A DNA stretch of 17,062 nucleotides, taken from contig JAEOTA010000080.1 in assembly GCA_016840085.1 (NCBI GenBank), positions 1 to 17,062 of the forward strand, in the 5' to 3' direction. This DNA is from Promethearchaeota archaeon. Lineage in GTDB: Archaea > Asgardarchaeota > Lokiarchaeia > Sigyniarchaeales > SOKP01. A program made the translations under genes and the position numbers. The stretch's first letter is position 1, and every line of letters begins with the position of its first letter. The notes beneath the pieces are model-generated. The model saw only the letters and a program-made list of their open reading frames with translations, did no database searches and was not told the origin of the DNA. Positions 7,948 to 16,935 of the stretch are shown here, one piece after another.

Positions 7948-9456
7948 TTAAAAGATCCCATCCCATACTATTCTCTCCATCTTGAAAGGATCATCGACCA
8001 CTTTTATTTCAGGGCCAAAGATCATTGTAGACCTATTTTTAAGTTCATAAGGGCTCCATTTAGGGATGCCATCATGGTCAGGATTTCCGTTTTGAGCATA
8101 TGAAATCCAAGACTTCATCATCTTTTTGCTGAGAACGTCGGTTTCCTTACTTTTTTTCGGCACAATCCCTCTTGCTGTTTCGCTGAATCTTCCAAAAACA
8201 AAAGTAATTTCAAGTGCATGGCAAGCACCCAATTTTCCTCCCATTTCAGGTGATTTATATGTAAAAAGATAAGAGAAAACGTTAGGTTGGTGTATACATT
8301 GAGCTTCTGCTAATCTTATACCAGAGACTCTAAATCTGAAATCGGTTGTTATTGCGTCTAGAATTTCCTGGGGTTCTGTAGGAAGCTTACCCTCTCGCGC
8401 TTTTTTATATGTATCGATGACTTTCTGAGTAACGCCTCCATCTTGATTAAAAAACCCTATGATGCTGTTGGTTCTTTTAAATAAACCCTCTTCATCAAGT
8501 ATTTTCCTTGGAGGGGCTATAGCTGAGTATAATTTCATTTCATCTTGATTTGTACCCACTATAAGTTCCAGATCGGACGCAAAGCCATCTCGAATCGCTT
8601 CAAGGGGATGTTTTGGCAATGATTTGCCATCGATAAAAACTCCATAAGGAAAATTTCTACCTTTTGCACGGGCTTCCAATTCCATTTTAGTTTGGACATC
8701 CACAATTTTTTGTGTAGGCACCTTTTTTAGTAGTTCAAGGTCGAATCTTTTTAGACCCAGCTCCCTCATGATCCGTTCAGCGCCTTTAATTCCGACCTTA
8801 GGATGGAAACTGCCCGGATGAACAGCCCCACTTTGAGAAATTACCCGATTAAACAATCCTTTTGCTGCAGGCATAGCCATTAACGTAGAAACTGCCACTC
8901 CACCAGTAGATTCACCAAAAATTGTCACATTGCTCGGATCTCCCCCAAAAAGAATGATGTTATCTCGAACCCATTCAAGTGCTGTGATTTGATCCAATTG
9001 CCCTAGATTCGCAATATCATCTTGAATAAAAATATAACCGAATATACCAAGACGGTAGTTTATTGAAACGATAACTGCATTACCGAATTTTGCCAAATTC
9101 GTTCCGTCTGTTAATGAACCACTACCGAAAGAAAATCCCCCTCCATGTATCCAAAATAAAACAGGACGCTTGGCATCATCCACTCCCGGAGTCCATACAT
9201 TTAAGGTTAAACATTTCTCTTCATCTTGTAATGGAGGTGGGTGAGGGGTGAAAAATGAATCTCTTTGGGGTACATCAGGACCGAATTTTGTACAATCGAG
9301 TACACCACTCCAAGGTTCTTTTCGGATGGAGGGTCTGAACCTTAATTTTCCGACAGGTGGCTCTGCATATGGAATTCCCTTGAATTTCTTTATCCCTTCT
9401 CTTTCATATCCTTTAATTTTACCTTGTTTGGTTTCAATAATTATCTCTTTCTCCAC
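7948..9456 (-). CDS. Type-B carboxylesterase/lipase (para-nitrobenzyl esterase-like)
   Basis: FKGIPYAEPPVGKLRF, EKCLTLNVWTP, oxyanion HGGGF, nucleophile GESTG, acid GTNQDE and His GACHALE. GTG start preceded by aaggagatgg. Confidence 0.93.
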   Translation of the reverse strand: MEKEIIIETKQGKIKGYEREGIKKFKGIPYAEPPVGKLRFRPSIRKEPWSGVLDCTKFGPDVPQRDSFFTPHPPPLQDEEKCLTLNVWTPGVDDAKRPVLFWIHGGGFSFGSGSLTDGTNLAKFGNAVIVSINYRLGIFGYIFIQDDIANLGQLDQITALEWVRDNIILFGGDPSNVTIFGESTGGVAVSTLMAMPAAKGLFNRVISQSGAVHPGSFHPKVGIKGAERIMRELGLKRFDLELLKKVPTQKIVDVQTKMELEARAKGRNFPYGVFIDGKSLPKHPLEAIRDGFASDLELIVGTNQDEMKLYSAIAPPRKILDEEGLFKRTNSIIGFFNQDGGVTQKVIDTYKKAREGKLPTEPQEILDAITTDFRFRVSGIRLAEAQCIHQPNVFSYLFTYKSPEMGGKLGACHALEITFVFGRFSETARGIVPKKSKETDVLSKKMMKSWISYAQNGNPDHDGIPKWSPYELKNRSTMIFGPEIKVVDDPFKMERIVWDGIF

Positions 9457-9493
9457 TTTTTGACCATCTCCTTAAATTATCTCATAATTATAC

Positions 9494-9508
9494 ATTATAA
9501 CTTTTTTA
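9494..9508 (-). promoter_or_regulatory. BRE/TATA-like promoter of the esterase
   Basis: Minus strand TAAAAAAGTTATAAT about 38 nt before the start. An identical 15-mer lies at 11333-11347. Confidence 0.55.
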
Positions 9509-9560
9509 ATTACTTTCTTTTATGTCTCAAAATCTTTAATAACAAAATAAAATAAAAAAC

Positions 9561-9603
9561 AAAGAAGAAAATTACACTTCGATCGGGATTATTTCTTTTA
9601 ATT
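9561..9603. repeat. Direct repeat copy B (last codons, stop and downstream T-tract of the amidohydrolase)
   Basis: aaagaagaaaattacacttcgatcgggattatttcttttaatt, offset 1750 bp from copy A. Confidence 0.85.
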
Positions 9604-11299
9604 TTTTTATCTTTTTAACCTTTGGATTTTTAATAAGATGTCCTTGAATGATAACTTTTATGACTTGTCCTAAGTAATCTATTTCTTCTAAAGGGTTACC
9701 TGGAACTACTATAAGATCAGCAAATTTACCATTTTCAATACTTCCCGTAAATTCATCTATTCCGATATTTTCAGCGTTTCCTTTTGTAGCGTAATATATG
9801 GCTTCCTGAGGAGTCATTTCAGTATATTTTAAGTAGTATTTTAATTCTTTCCAGAATTCATATTGTAAGGAATAAGGAACAGATGCGTCAGTACCACATG
9901 ATATTCTCAGATTTTCTTTATAGGCTTTTTGCAATGCCAAGATCATACCTTTTTCAATCAGCTTTGCGTTTTCAAAACTTTCTTTTGTAATTTTTGTTTC
10001 TTCTTTGGGTAAAACTGCCATTCCCATACCTGCAGAAATTGTAGGGGCAATAACCGTATATCCTCTTAGGGTTTTAGAATTATTCCTAATTAATGGCACT
10101 AAGTCATCAGTTATTTCAGCAGCATGTTCTATACTATCAACTCCTCCCTTTAAAACTTCTCTAATTCCTTCTGTGGATTCACAATGGGTTGCAACTAATA
10201 ATCCGCCTCTGTGAGCTTCAAAACATGCTGTTTCTATTTCTTCTGTAGTCATTTGAGGTCGTCCAGCTTCACCCACTTTTCTAGCATCCATAACTCCTCC
10301 AGTAGAAAGTATTTTGATATGGTCCACTTTCATTCTTAAATTCTGTCTTACAGCTTTTCTGATTTCAGGGATAGAATCTGCCACAAACGCATTAACCCAT
10401 CCATGCCCTCTCGTAATACAAATTCCTTTACCTGCGCACAGTAATCTAGGTCCAATTATTTTACCCTTGTTAATCTTATCTCTTAGTTTTAAATCAACAT
10501 ACAAGGGATCGGACATAGAACGCATTGTTGTGACTCCACTGTTTAGTGCATTTAAAACATTTTTCTTCATAAGTTTGAATAAAATTATTTTTCCGAATGG
10601 CGTGGCAAGGAATTTAAATATTCTTTTCATACTTTTATCGCTCAATTTCATCAATTTAGTAGGTTTCCCGCTCCCTATTAAATGACAATGTGAGTTAATT
10701 AAACCAGGTAGAACATAAGCTCCTTTTAAATCGATTTCTTTATAATCATTGGGAATTTGAATTTCGTTTTCAGTCCCAATACCAACAATTTTGCCTGGGA
10801 TTTCCTCTTTTTCTGTAAGATTTTTAATTAGGATAACTCCCTTCGAAATTATTTTACTATCCTTATTACCATCAATAATATTACAATTTACTATTGCTAA
10901 ATTGGTTTTTGGTTCCTTTTTCTTGTTTTTTGATCCTGATAACCACGATATAATGAGATACATTAAGAAAATATTAATTAAACTAGCGATAATAGAAACA
11001 AACCAAAACCATATAGCAGGTAACCAACTGGAATTCAAATGAGAAATGTTTAATGTTAAATTATACATTTTAAAACCAAAGATTCCTAACACATCCAGTA
11101 TACCCAATGGAATACCTACAAATGGAATAATCCACGGGTAGAAATTTAAAATCCCAACGATTAAATAGGCTAAAGTCCCAAAAATGCCCTCGTATGTGCC
11201 ATAGGTTATCCATGCTAATAAGGCTATGAAAATTATAAAGATCAACATTGACAATAAGCATGTTAACTTAAACTCTGAATTCTTATTATTTTCACTCAT
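9572..11299 (-). CDS. Metal-dependent amidohydrolase (Xaa-Pro dipeptidase-like subgroup) with an N-terminal multi-TM segment
   Basis: PGLINSHCH (HxH), GVTTMR, HIKI (carbamylated Lys position), THCES, SIEHA, GTDA and GSIENGKFADLIVVPGNPL. The first ~120 aa are hydrophobic. Confidence 0.88.
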   Translation of the reverse strand: MSENNKNSEFKLTCLLSMLIFIIFIALLAWITYGTYEGIFGTLAYLIVGILNFYPWIIPFVGIPLGILDVLGIFGFKMYNLTLNISHLNSSWLPAIWFWFVSIIASLINIFLMYLIISWLSGSKNKKKEPKTNLAIVNCNIIDGNKDSKIISKGVILIKNLTEKEEIPGKIVGIGTENEIQIPNDYKEIDLKGAYVLPGLINSHCHLIGSGKPTKLMKLSDKSMKRIFKFLATPFGKIILFKLMKKNVLNALNSGVTTMRSMSDPLYVDLKLRDKINKGKIIGPRLLCAGKGICITRGHGWVNAFVADSIPEIRKAVRQNLRMKVDHIKILSTGGVMDARKVGEAGRPQMTTEEIETACFEAHRGGLLVATHCESTEGIREVLKGGVDSIEHAAEITDDLVPLIRNNSKTLRGYTVIAPTISAGMGMAVLPKEETKITKESFENAKLIEKGMILALQKAYKENLRISCGTDASVPYSLQYEFWKELKYYLKYTEMTPQEAIYYATKGNAENIGIDEFTGSIENGKFADLIVVPGNPLEEIDYLGQVIKVIIQGHLIKNPKVKKIKKLKEIIPIEV

Positions 11300-11332
11300 G
11301 ATGTATCACGATAGATGAAAAGTGAAATAAAA

Positions 11333-11347
11333 ATTATAACTTTTTTA
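11333..11347 (-). promoter_or_regulatory. BRE/TATA-like promoter of the amidohydrolase
   Basis: Minus strand TAAAAAAGTTATAAT about 34 nt before ATG 11299, identical to 9494-9508. Confidence 0.55.
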
Positions 11348-11467
11348 TACAGTTAAAATGAGTGTTAATCTTTTTATTACAAATTGAATTTTTAGGAAAG
11401 AGGAAATAATAAAATAAAAAAGATACAACACATTTTTATGAAAAATATTTCAAAGAGATGAGATTTT

Positions 11468-12130
11468 ATGGAAAAGAAAAAATTAATAACCATTGTTGGA
11501 ATGGGACCGGGTAATGGAATGGGTATTGCACAACGGTTTGGAAAAGAAGGCTTTTCAGTCGCAATGATTTCCCGAAATGAAGAAAAATTACAAAAACTCC
11601 AAGGAGAACTGATAAGTAAAGGAATAAATGCTCATTATTTTGTGGGGGATGCAAGTATTGAAAAATCCTTAAAAAAAGCGTTTCAACAATTAAAAGTAAA
11701 ACTTGGGAGCACAGATGTGTTAATCTACAATGCAGCCCGTTTAAAAATGAGGAATATTCTTGAAGAACGATTCGAATCTTTAGTTACTGATTTTAAAGTA
11801 AATGTAGCCGGACTTTTAGTCGCTGTTCAAGAGGTGCTTCCATCAATGCTAAAAAAAAATGAAGGGACCATTCTGGTTACTGGAGGACATCTGGGTATTG
11901 AACCTCATAAAGAATTTGCTTCGCTTTCTATAGGAAAGGGGGCACTTACTAACCTGGTTAAAGTATTAGCAGCAGAATTAACCCCAAAGAATATCCATGT
12001 CGGTTCGCTTATTATTTGTGGGATTATAAGTCCAGAAAATGAGAAATACAATCCAACAGCAATAGGAGAACAATTTTGGAAATTATATACTCAGAAAAAG
12101 GAAGAATTTGAAGTAGAAATCTTATATTAG
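11468..12130 (+). CDS. Short-chain dehydrogenase/reductase, atypical active site
   Basis: IVGMGPGNG Rossmann motif, DVLIYNAA and GTILVTGG. The YxxxK position reads LSIGK (no Tyr). Confidence 0.88.
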   Translation: MEKKKLITIVGMGPGNGMGIAQRFGKEGFSVAMISRNEEKLQKLQGELISKGINAHYFVGDASIEKSLKKAFQQLKVKLGSTDVLIYNAARLKMRNILEERFESLVTDFKVNVAGLLVAVQEVLPSMLKKNEGTILVTGGHLGIEPHKEFASLSIGKGALTNLVKVLAAELTPKNIHVGSLIICGIISPENEKYNPTAIGEQFWKLYTQKKEEFEVEILY

Positions 12131-12133
12131 GCA

Positions 12134-12145
12134 GAAATGCATTTC
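12134..12145. other. Perfect 12-bp palindrome in the short gap between convergent genes
   Basis: gaaatgcatttc is its own reverse complement. Confidence 0.3.
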
Positions 12146-12170
12146 ATCTTGAATCCCTAGTTTTTCAAAT

Positions 12171-13580
12171 TTATTTTTTTGAAGGTTTTTCTTTAGTTTT
12201 TACATATTTCAAATATTCGATTTCTTTTTTCTCATGAATTTGAATTATTTCCGCTTTTTGAGAAAGCCATTCTGGACCATCAAGAGGGTAAAAAAACATT
12301 ACTAGTGCCCCTAAGATCAAAAAAATGGAGGGAATAAGTGCAAAACCAATCATAATTCCCAATTGAGCAGAGAAATTTTGAGTCTGTTGTTCTGAATCGA
12401 ATCCGAAAAATGTTATTATTAATAGAAACAACCAATTTGCAAGGGAAATCGCCGGTTTTGTAAGTAATGCATTTATTCCAGAATAGGTTGTTTCCCTGCG
12501 CTTTCCCGTTCTTGTTTCATCATAATCAACAATATCAGCTACAACCACTTGGTGTGTAAGCATATATCCTGAAATTCCGATCCCTATTAGGATGCATCCA
12601 ATTATTGCAAGCTCAAACGACCATCCAATAAAAAAGCTTAGAAGAAAACTCAATCCTGTCCACATCATTGTTAAAATAAAGGTTTTTTTAACCCCGTATT
12701 TCCCAATTAATCTATTAAATATTGCCAAGAAAGCAAAAATCATTATGAAGACTATCAATAATGGAAACGTAGTGGCAATGCCAGTTAAGGTTAAGACATA
12801 ATCAACATAATAAAAAATCGCGGTAGTAAGGATTGTTTGGGCAATAGTGAAAGAAAAATTGGATACTTCAAAAATTAAAAAAGGTGTGTTTTTAAATGTT
12901 TCTTTTATTCCTTTGATGATTGGAAGTGTTTCTTCCATTTGTGTATATTTATTTTCTTTTAAGTAAAAACTACTAATAAATATCAATATAGCAGAAATAA
13001 TGCCCACAAAAATCATTGTAATAAGAAAAGGTGTGATAAGATCAGGTGATTCAATTCCGGTTAATAAAAATATTGGTAATATGAAAGAAATTAAAAGTGA
13101 GATAGAAGTTATTATATTACTATATATCAATAAATTAGCTCTTTCTTTTGAGGCTAATGCCATTTCTGCAGGAAGAGTAAAATTTATGAGCCCTAATATT
13201 GTAAATAGGGTATCAAAGACAAACAGGACAACAATTAAATTGATAAAAAGGGCTATTTGATTATTTACATCTACAAATGGAAACCAACATAAAATGAACA
13301 CTATTCCATAAATCGGAGCCCCGAATCGAATATATGGAATTCTCCTACCATATTTTTCTGATTTGGTGTGATCTTCTAAGAAACCAAATATAGGATCATT
13401 GATGGCATTCCAAAAGGAAAAGATTAACCACGCAATTCCTATTAATACCGCACTCAACCCTAATATTATGTTATAAAAGAAAGTTATCGCTGAAAATGCA
13501 ATTTGAGAAGGTAAGCCAATACCCGCTCCAAAACCCCCATATGCTAATTTCGATTTTAACGACAATTCTTCGTTTGGCAA
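12171..13580 (-). CDS. MFS transporter, glycoside-pentoside-hexuronide (GPH, MelB-like) family
   Basis: WNAINDPIFGFLED, KYGRRIPY and ADIVDYDETRTGKRRETTYSG, with about 12 TM segments. TTG start. Confidence 0.9.
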   Translation of the reverse strand: MPNEELSLKSKLAYGGFGAGIGLPSQIAFSAITFFYNIILGLSAVLIGIAWLIFSFWNAINDPIFGFLEDHTKSEKYGRRIPYIRFGAPIYGIVFILCWFPFVDVNNQIALFINLIVVLFVFDTLFTILGLINFTLPAEMALASKERANLLIYSNIITSISLLISFILPIFLLTGIESPDLITPFLITMIFVGIISAILIFISSFYLKENKYTQMEETLPIIKGIKETFKNTPFLIFEVSNFSFTIAQTILTTAIFYYVDYVLTLTGIATTFPLLIVFIMIFAFLAIFNRLIGKYGVKKTFILTMMWTGLSFLLSFFIGWSFELAIIGCILIGIGISGYMLTHQVVVADIVDYDETRTGKRRETTYSGINALLTKPAISLANWLFLLIITFFGFDSEQQTQNFSAQLGIMIGFALIPSIFLILGALVMFFYPLDGPEWLSQKAEIIQIHEKKEIEYLKYVKTKEKPSKK

Positions 13581-13700
13581 TATATTATCAATTTTAATAT
13601 GGATCTATAGTTATAATTAAATCTTTAGGATTCAGAAAAAAAGGATTGAAATAAATGGAAATCATAAAAATGTGGGCTTGGATGAGATAAAACAAATTAA

Positions 13701-16700
13701 TTAATTTTCTAAATCAGAAATTATTTTTTTAATCTCTTCTACACGTTCAATGTTGCCCATCCCTCGATATGTATTCATTAAATATTCCAGGATTTTCAAA
13801 TCGTGGGGATTTAATTCTAAAGCTTTTTTGTAATAAATTTCAGCTTTAGAATAATTGCCTGTGTTGTAATATAAACCCGCAAGGTTTTGTAGTGTATCAT
13901 AATCCTTAGGATTAGATAAGAACATTCTTTTAAGAATCCATTCTCCTTTAGCAGTTTGTCTGGTGTTAAAATAAATGCGTGCTAGCATGTTTAACGTGTT
14001 CTTATCAGTTATATCCAATTCTAATAATCTCTTATAAACCTCCTCTGCTTTATCATATTGTTTTTGATTTAAATAAATAAATCCGAGATTAGAATACGGC
14101 TTAAGATACTTAGGATTAAGATTTAGAGAATTTTGCCAATATTCATGTGCTTTTTCAAAATCATTCCTATAATAATAAACTGTTCCAAGGATATTCAAAG
14201 CAGGGAGAAAATTAGGGTTGATTTCTAATACTCTTCTGACATATTCCTCAGCTTTATCAAAATCTCTCATTTTTAAGTAAGTAAAAGCGAAGATGTATAT
14301 TATCAAAAAATTATCAGTAGATTCAAACTTCTTTAGTAACTCTAAAGCTTGCTCAAATTCCTGTCTATTGACCTTGCATAAGACTGTACCCGCAGTGGCA
14401 TTTATTGAAGTTGAATTAATAACCAATACCTTTTGGAAGCAAATTGATGCTTCCTCAAATTTATTTAAAAATGCTAGGAGAAAGCCTTTAGCATTTAATA
14501 TTGGTTCTTCTTCAATTTCCTTCTGAAGTAATTCTAAAATCTTTTCTAAATAAACTCTCCCTTTTTCTTTTTCCCAGAGATATCCTTCTAATGTATATGG
14601 ATTAACATTAACATCTCTAAAAATATCATCCAAATTTATTTCATTTACTAGCAATTCAAGCTGTGGTAATCTATTTTCTTCCCATCTTTTGAAGGTTTTT
14701 TCTAAATCTTCCACATCTTGTAGTTTTCGTTTTAATTGAGTAAGTCCATAGTTAAAATCTTGGACTTCTGGAGTCGATCCGAATCCGCCTTGAATAGCTA
14801 TATCTATTGCTTCTTCAAGAGTTTCAATTGCATTCGATATTCTTCCTTGATTATAATATACCATGGCAATATCATTATATGTACCTGAGATTCCACCTAT
14901 ATCATTCGCTTTTTCATAATAGTCAAGAGCTTGTTCATAACTTTTCAAGGCATTTTGATAATCTCCAATATCTTTGTAAAAGGTACCCACTTTTTTAAGA
15001 TCAAACAAAACTCGTGGCATATCATTTAATCTTTTGTCTATTGGTAACGCTTCCTCTAGTAACTTTACCGCTTTATCTTTAGAATTTAGTTCACTATACA
15101 ATAAAGCCATATTTGTTAAGTAAATAGCTTTTTTTGCGAGATCTCCCAATATTTCTACCTTTTCCAACGCTTTTTCATAGTTTGCTAAAGCTAACTTTTT
15201 TTTCCCTTGTTGGGCATAAATTGATGCTATATTGTTTAAACGCACTGTTATTCCATTTAAATCACCTAATTCCTCGGAGATTTGTAAAGCTTCTTGAAAT
15301 TTTTCTAATGCATTTTCATATTCATTTTTAGAAAAATAAACAGAGCCTATATTACTAAGAAGCCGCGATTTAATACCTAAATCTCCTAATTTTTTATTTA
15401 TTTCTAAAGCTTTTTCATAATACTCAAAGGCTTCTTGATATTTCCTGTCTGAGAAGTATGTTAGACCAATATTATTTAGAATTGTAATTTTGTCTATAAC
15501 ATTTTGGGAGCTTTCAACAGTTTCTAGAGCTTTTTTCAGCCACACTATTGCTTCTTGATAATTTCTTTGAGATTTAAACACCATACCTATATTATTCAGA
15601 GTCATGGAACTGCGTTCAATAGCACCCAGTTCTAACGCTTTTTCATAACATTCTAAAGCTTTTTCAGGATCCCCTTTATCTAGATATATTAAACCATTAT
15701 TGTTAAGGAATGATGATTCTAACTCGATATTTCCTTTTTCTTTTGCTAGTTTTAATCCTATTTCTCCTATTCTAAGCGCAGCATCTGGTTGTGCTAACCT
15801 ATAGTACACTTCCCATGTGAATAATAGTTTTTTAATCTCATCAATGGGTTCTAGGGTCTTATAAAACCAATTTTCAGAATCGAATTCAATTGGAGAAATT
15901 TCAATGAAATTAGGTTGATTTAATCCATTAAGTAATAGCGTCCAAATGAATCTTCGGATAAAAATGGAGGTGTTTACATTGACTTTAAATATTTTAATTG
16001 GATTATCAAGAATAGCTGAATTATGAGCTAATTCTCTTAAGAAGGAAGTTACCCTATCGACATTTCCTGACTGATTTTCAGAACTTGCTTCAATACTAAC
16101 AATTTCTGGAACCTCAGCAGATGTATGATTTATCCATATTATTTTAGAAATATTTTGTAATTCTTTCAGAGTAGGACTAATATCAAAATCATCACTCCCT
16201 GAATATCCCATTACAAATAAAGTCCTTCCTTCTAGGAGATTAATTAATGCGGGTTTTTTGTAATCCTCAATCGCAAAGGTTGTTTCATCCCGATCCCTCC
16301 CTAAAGCAGATATGGTTGTAATTAAAGAATCCCGTGTATCTTCATCAGTTATAATATTTTTTTTAGATCCATGGATTTTATAAATCAGAAGTTTGCCTTC
16401 TTTTGTTAAATTACTTGGATTAGCATAATTCATGAAATCATTGCGAGTAATTATAGGTAATATTTTCAATTTATCTTCGATAATATTTAGTAACGCAAAT
16501 TCTATAAGATAATCAAAATTAGTCGTAATTACTTGGTGTCCCTGATCAAGACTATGAGCTAGAAAATAATGAAGAATATTTGGCCGAGTATAATTGTCAA
16601 AGAAATCCATTATTCTTAACTCTTGATCAAAATATTTTTGAATAAATTCTATGACTGTTTCATATCGTAAACCTTCTAAGGATAAGACTTTACTAACTTC

Positions 16701-16850
16701 TTCATCAGGTACACATAATTTCACAAGGGTTTTTACTATCTCAACTGCAGATTTGAGACCTGAAGGTTGCTCTATCGAAATTCCAGCACCAACTAGAAAT
16801 GTGAATTTTTCATTGGGACGGATAATTTCCTTTAATTCATGGAGAACCAT
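13701..16850 (-). CDS. SIR2-like (SIR2_2) domain plus tetratricopeptide repeat protein
   Basis: FLVGAGIS, ITTNFDYLIE, YKIHGS and LFVMGYSGSDDFDI in the N-terminal ~245 aa. Many TPRs follow, of the types LNNIGxxY...A..YEKAL and NLG..Y...KAE..YK...ELN. Confidence 0.9.
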   Translation of the reverse strand: MVLHELKEIIRPNEKFTFLVGAGISIEQPSGLKSAVEIVKTLVKLCVPDEEVSKVLSLEGLRYETVIEFIQKYFDQELRIMDFFDNYTRPNILHYFLAHSLDQGHQVITTNFDYLIEFALLNIIEDKLKILPIITRNDFMNYANPSNLTKEGKLLIYKIHGSKKNIITDEDTRDSLITTISALGRDRDETTFAIEDYKKPALINLLEGRTLFVMGYSGSDDFDISPTLKELQNISKIIWINHTSAEVPEIVSIEASSENQSGNVDRVTSFLRELAHNSAILDNPIKIFKVNVNTSIFIRRFIWTLLLNGLNQPNFIEISPIEFDSENWFYKTLEPIDEIKKLLFTWEVYYRLAQPDAALRIGEIGLKLAKEKGNIELESSFLNNNGLIYLDKGDPEKALECYEKALELGAIERSSMTLNNIGMVFKSQRNYQEAIVWLKKALETVESSQNVIDKITILNNIGLTYFSDRKYQEAFEYYEKALEINKKLGDLGIKSRLLSNIGSVYFSKNEYENALEKFQEALQISEELGDLNGITVRLNNIASIYAQQGKKKLALANYEKALEKVEILGDLAKKAIYLTNMALLYSELNSKDKAVKLLEEALPIDKRLNDMPRVLFDLKKVGTFYKDIGDYQNALKSYEQALDYYEKANDIGGISGTYNDIAMVYYNQGRISNAIETLEEAIDIAIQGGFGSTPEVQDFNYGLTQLKRKLQDVEDLEKTFKRWEENRLPQLELLVNEINLDDIFRDVNVNPYTLEGYLWEKEKGRVYLEKILELLQKEIEEEPILNAKGFLLAFLNKFEEASICFQKVLVINSTSINATAGTVLCKVNRQEFEQALELLKKFESTDNFLIIYIFAFTYLKMRDFDKAEEYVRRVLEINPNFLPALNILGTVYYYRNDFEKAHEYWQNSLNLNPKYLKPYSNLGFIYLNQKQYDKAEEVYKRLLELDITDKNTLNMLARIYFNTRQTAKGEWILKRMFLSNPKDYDTLQNLAGLYYNTGNYSKAEIYYKKALELNPHDLKILEYLMNTYRGMGNIERVEEIKKIISDLEN

Positions 16851-16935
16851 ACGTTTTCACAGATAAATTTTTTATTAGTTAATATAAACTGATTAAATTC
16901 AATAATTAGTTATAAAATAAATATCATAGTTTCAA

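Noticed and set aside
7781-7966. 61-aa minus-strand ORF
   Set aside because: It overlaps both neighbours. The meaningful signal here is the amidohydrolase 3'-end relic in another frame.
699-16866. Short ORFs antisense to or overlapping the main genes (e.g. 699-1004, 1768-1953, 2793-3080, 3121-3378, 3847-4053, 7258-7494, 7918-8103, 9248-9463, 10005-11261, 11466-11654, 12592-13260, 14293-15331, 16651-16866)
   Set aside because: They are shadows of well-supported genes and have no recognisable motifs.
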